Made by a program: the position numbers and the translations under genes
The notes under the pieces: generated by a model
What the model was told of the DNA's origin: nothing
What the model saw: only the letters and a program-made list of their open reading frames with translations
Database searches by the model: none
Shown: piece after piece, positions 61,436 to 64,000 of the stretch
How the letters are laid out: each line of letters opens with the position of its first letter
Numbering within the stretch: position 1 is the first letter of the stretch
Source: Torpedo marmorata
Lineage: Eukaryota
Direction of reading: 5' to 3'
Assembly (NCBI GenBank): GCA_977017645.1
Contig: OZ360240.1
Span: 34,224,001-34,288,000 of the forward strand
Length of the DNA stretch: 64,000 nt

Positions 61436-63439
61436 TTTTTGGGAAAAGGCAGGTAGGTGGAGATGAGCCTAGTATCATATCAGTCATGATCTCATTGAAT
61501 GGCGGAGCAGGCTCAACGGGCCAGATGGCCTACTCCTGCTCCTATTTCTCATGTTCTTATGAACTCTATTTGCCTCTCCCCGGGAAAGAGAAACTTGGAG
61601 GAGAGACAGGGAGGTTGGGAGGTCTACAGAAAGGAATTGCTGAAGGCACAAACTGATGATGCTGATTAAACTTGTGGATGAACAAAAAAAAAAATGCAAC
61701 ATTGGAAGAGTGGAACTATCTCAGAGGGTTGTGGAGCTTGAAGAGATCATCATTTGCTGTAGATTTGTTGAGGTAGACATTTATTGCCAAGCAGTATAAA
61801 TATTAAAAAAGTTTAATATGAGGACAAATGTGGTGCATTGTTGTTCTTAATAATTAATGAGAATTATGGAAAGCAGCTGTCGCTAAGGGTTGACTAGTTC
61901 AAAGAGCCACAAATACAAGCTCTTGGTTATGTGCTGATTAGTTAATTACATTGATTATAGCATAAACATTCTAGAGGATGTAAATATTCCCTATGCTATA
62001 TGACAAGGATTGATATCATTAACTGCTAGTTTTTAAAGTACACAGGGAGAGCTCAAAAACTCCCTCAACTCCTAATGATTTTAAGTTGGCACTTCATGTT
62101 ATTAAACATGACTCGTCAATTTACTGTGTCTCAACTATTGCAGCAGAAAAACATTTTAAGGTTTCCAGCTAATTGCATTGAATGGAGGATTTGCAAACTT
62201 CCTCTTGACAACCATTGAAAGTCCTGAATAAAGTGGTCAGTTATGTTAAGAGCAGTTAAGAAGTTCTAATGCATTTGAGACAAGAAAAGAAGGTACCGGT
62301 AAATACTCCTGTACCTAACAGGCTAAAGCAAATACTTGAAATAAAGGCAAATAGATTTTTTTTTCAGACTAAAAGCTGGAATAAAGGGGAAGAAAAATAG
62401 AAGGACTCAACTATCTAGGTGAGGAAATTAAGAGAAAAAAATCAATTTTGGATCATTGGGTTTAATTAAATTTAATACCATATCTAATTATTTGTATAAA
62501 TCATTATTCTGTTTTATTGATTGGCCCTTGCTACATCAATGCTGGATATATATGTATAAATGACCTATTATGATAAGATACCAAATTAACATAAATTGCT
62601 TACACGAGAATTTCCTCATGCCGCTGATTACCTTGAACTACTTCAGAATCTGGGACACTGGTTGTGGGTGAGATCAGACATTACCCTAAAAACTGAACCC
62701 AGTTGCAACTTTTTGGGGGGGAAATTGGACAAATTATTTTTTTACAGATGTTTTGAAGTGTTTATTCCCATTTCCTGATAAAGTCCAGCCCTTTGGGACA
62801 CAGGACTGGCCCATTAGGGTCACAATCCACTTTTGCCCAGGTACCGTCACTCCCCTGTCATACTCTACCCACATCCTCTACTGGGCTTTTTATTACCTTC
62901 CCGACAGAAACTGGATCTAAAGGTAAAGACCTAGACCTTGGTTTTCACTTCCTGTCAAACAAAGAGCAAACCGTGCTGCAAGTCGGAAACAATTTGTGAT
63001 TTAAAGGGACATAGATTTCATGAACATCATCTCTCCACAATCAGGTTTAGGGAACTGTTCCTCTGTTTACATGCAGCGCTGGCAAAGATCGCAGCATCTT
63101 GATACTGTACACAAATGCTGTGATAAATGGTCTCAATGATTTTTGGAGTCACTTGCAGCATCAGACTCAATTGGACTTCCCTGTAGCATGGAGGGAGTAT
63201 CCATGAGGAGTCCAGGGGGGTCATATCCCTGACCAGCCCTTCCTTGCACTCTCACTGCCATGCAGCCTTTATGACCTGTTACTTGGCTGTAATGGCGATT
63301 ACTTGTTACCAGTGCTGAATGATGCGGCAGTTACAAGCTCTATAAACATTCAGGATGTGTTATGATGTTTCTAAATGTGAAAAACAACAATAATGATTTC
63401 TTAAAACATGATGAGCCAACTCCATGATTTTATTGGTGA

Positions 63440-63650
63440 CTCCCAAAGGATGGTGGAAGTAGAATCATTGAAGTTTGTTTAAGGCAGATGTTATTGACTC
63501 TTGATAAATCTGGATTGAAAAATTATTGCAAGAAGACAGCAATGCAAGTTGCAGTTACAATCAAATCAACCATCTTCTCATTAAATGGAAAGCAGGCTTG
63601 AAGGGCCAAGTGGCCTACTCTTGTTCCTAATTTGTAAGTTCATGTTTTTA
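63440..63650 (+). mobile_element. Old CR1 3' end
   Basis: ..aaatggaaagcaggcttgaagggccaagtggcctactcttgttcctaatt.. Confidence 0.7.
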
Positions 63651-64000
63651 TAATGGTGAGCAGCAATTTGATGATGTTACATTGAATCATTTCTAATCAT
63701 AGTAGGCAGACTAGCTGATAATAATGTGAATTAAAGCTCACTTCTTTGGCATGGCAACTGTTTCAAGGTTTGGACAAAAATGTAATTGAGTAGATAAAAA
63801 GTAGGACATCATTATTTAGTAATTTTAATCTAACCATGGCCCCAAAGGCAAACGATTGTAGAAAACCCACAATTGTTCCCATTCTGACTATCAGAAATGG
63901 TAACAAGAGTAATGTTCTTATTTCTCTTCTCTGTGTCAGCGCTACTGAGGGTAATTTTCCATCTTGGAAAATATCAGATAGTTCTTCCCAAAATCGAGGA

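Larger units (their letters stand above)
59620..61563 (+). mobile_element. CR1 (HER1-like) LINE 3' fragment hosting three nested insertions
   Basis: [70 protein letters not shown]; terminus ggcctactcctgctcctatttctcatgttcttatg. Confidence 0.92.

Overview
Eukaryotic, AT-rich, repeat-dense genomic DNA. The repeat repertoire (HE1-like V-SINEs, CR1 3' ends, Deu-domain SINEs, Penelope-like fragments, Rex/Babar and L1 LINEs) points to a cartilaginous fish, probably a ray; this is inference. I can support no host protein-coding exon, so the window looks like a gene desert or large intron. Recognisable coding sequence is transposon-derived: L1 ORF1/ORF2, Rex/Babar EN-RT, Gypsy gag/integrase, Penelope GIY-YIG and a Chapaev3-like transposase C-terminus. 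Family names are by recalled motifs, not database searches; TSD/TIR boundaries were read from the sequence, other boundaries are approximate. Most notable: (1) a TSD-bounded, apparently full-length ORF1-only 'half-L1'-like element in a three-level L1 nest (16828-20391); (2) an ~800-bp GC-rich non-coding retroelement (4 copies) with a LINE-like 5' end and a Rex/Babar-type 3' stem-loop and tail; (3) Rex-type elements inserted antisense into Rex 3' ends at tail microhomology; (4) Penelope-derived short elements carrying a minimal hammerhead ribozyme motif; (5) MITEs of several DNA transposon superfamilies, two with long internal hairpins.
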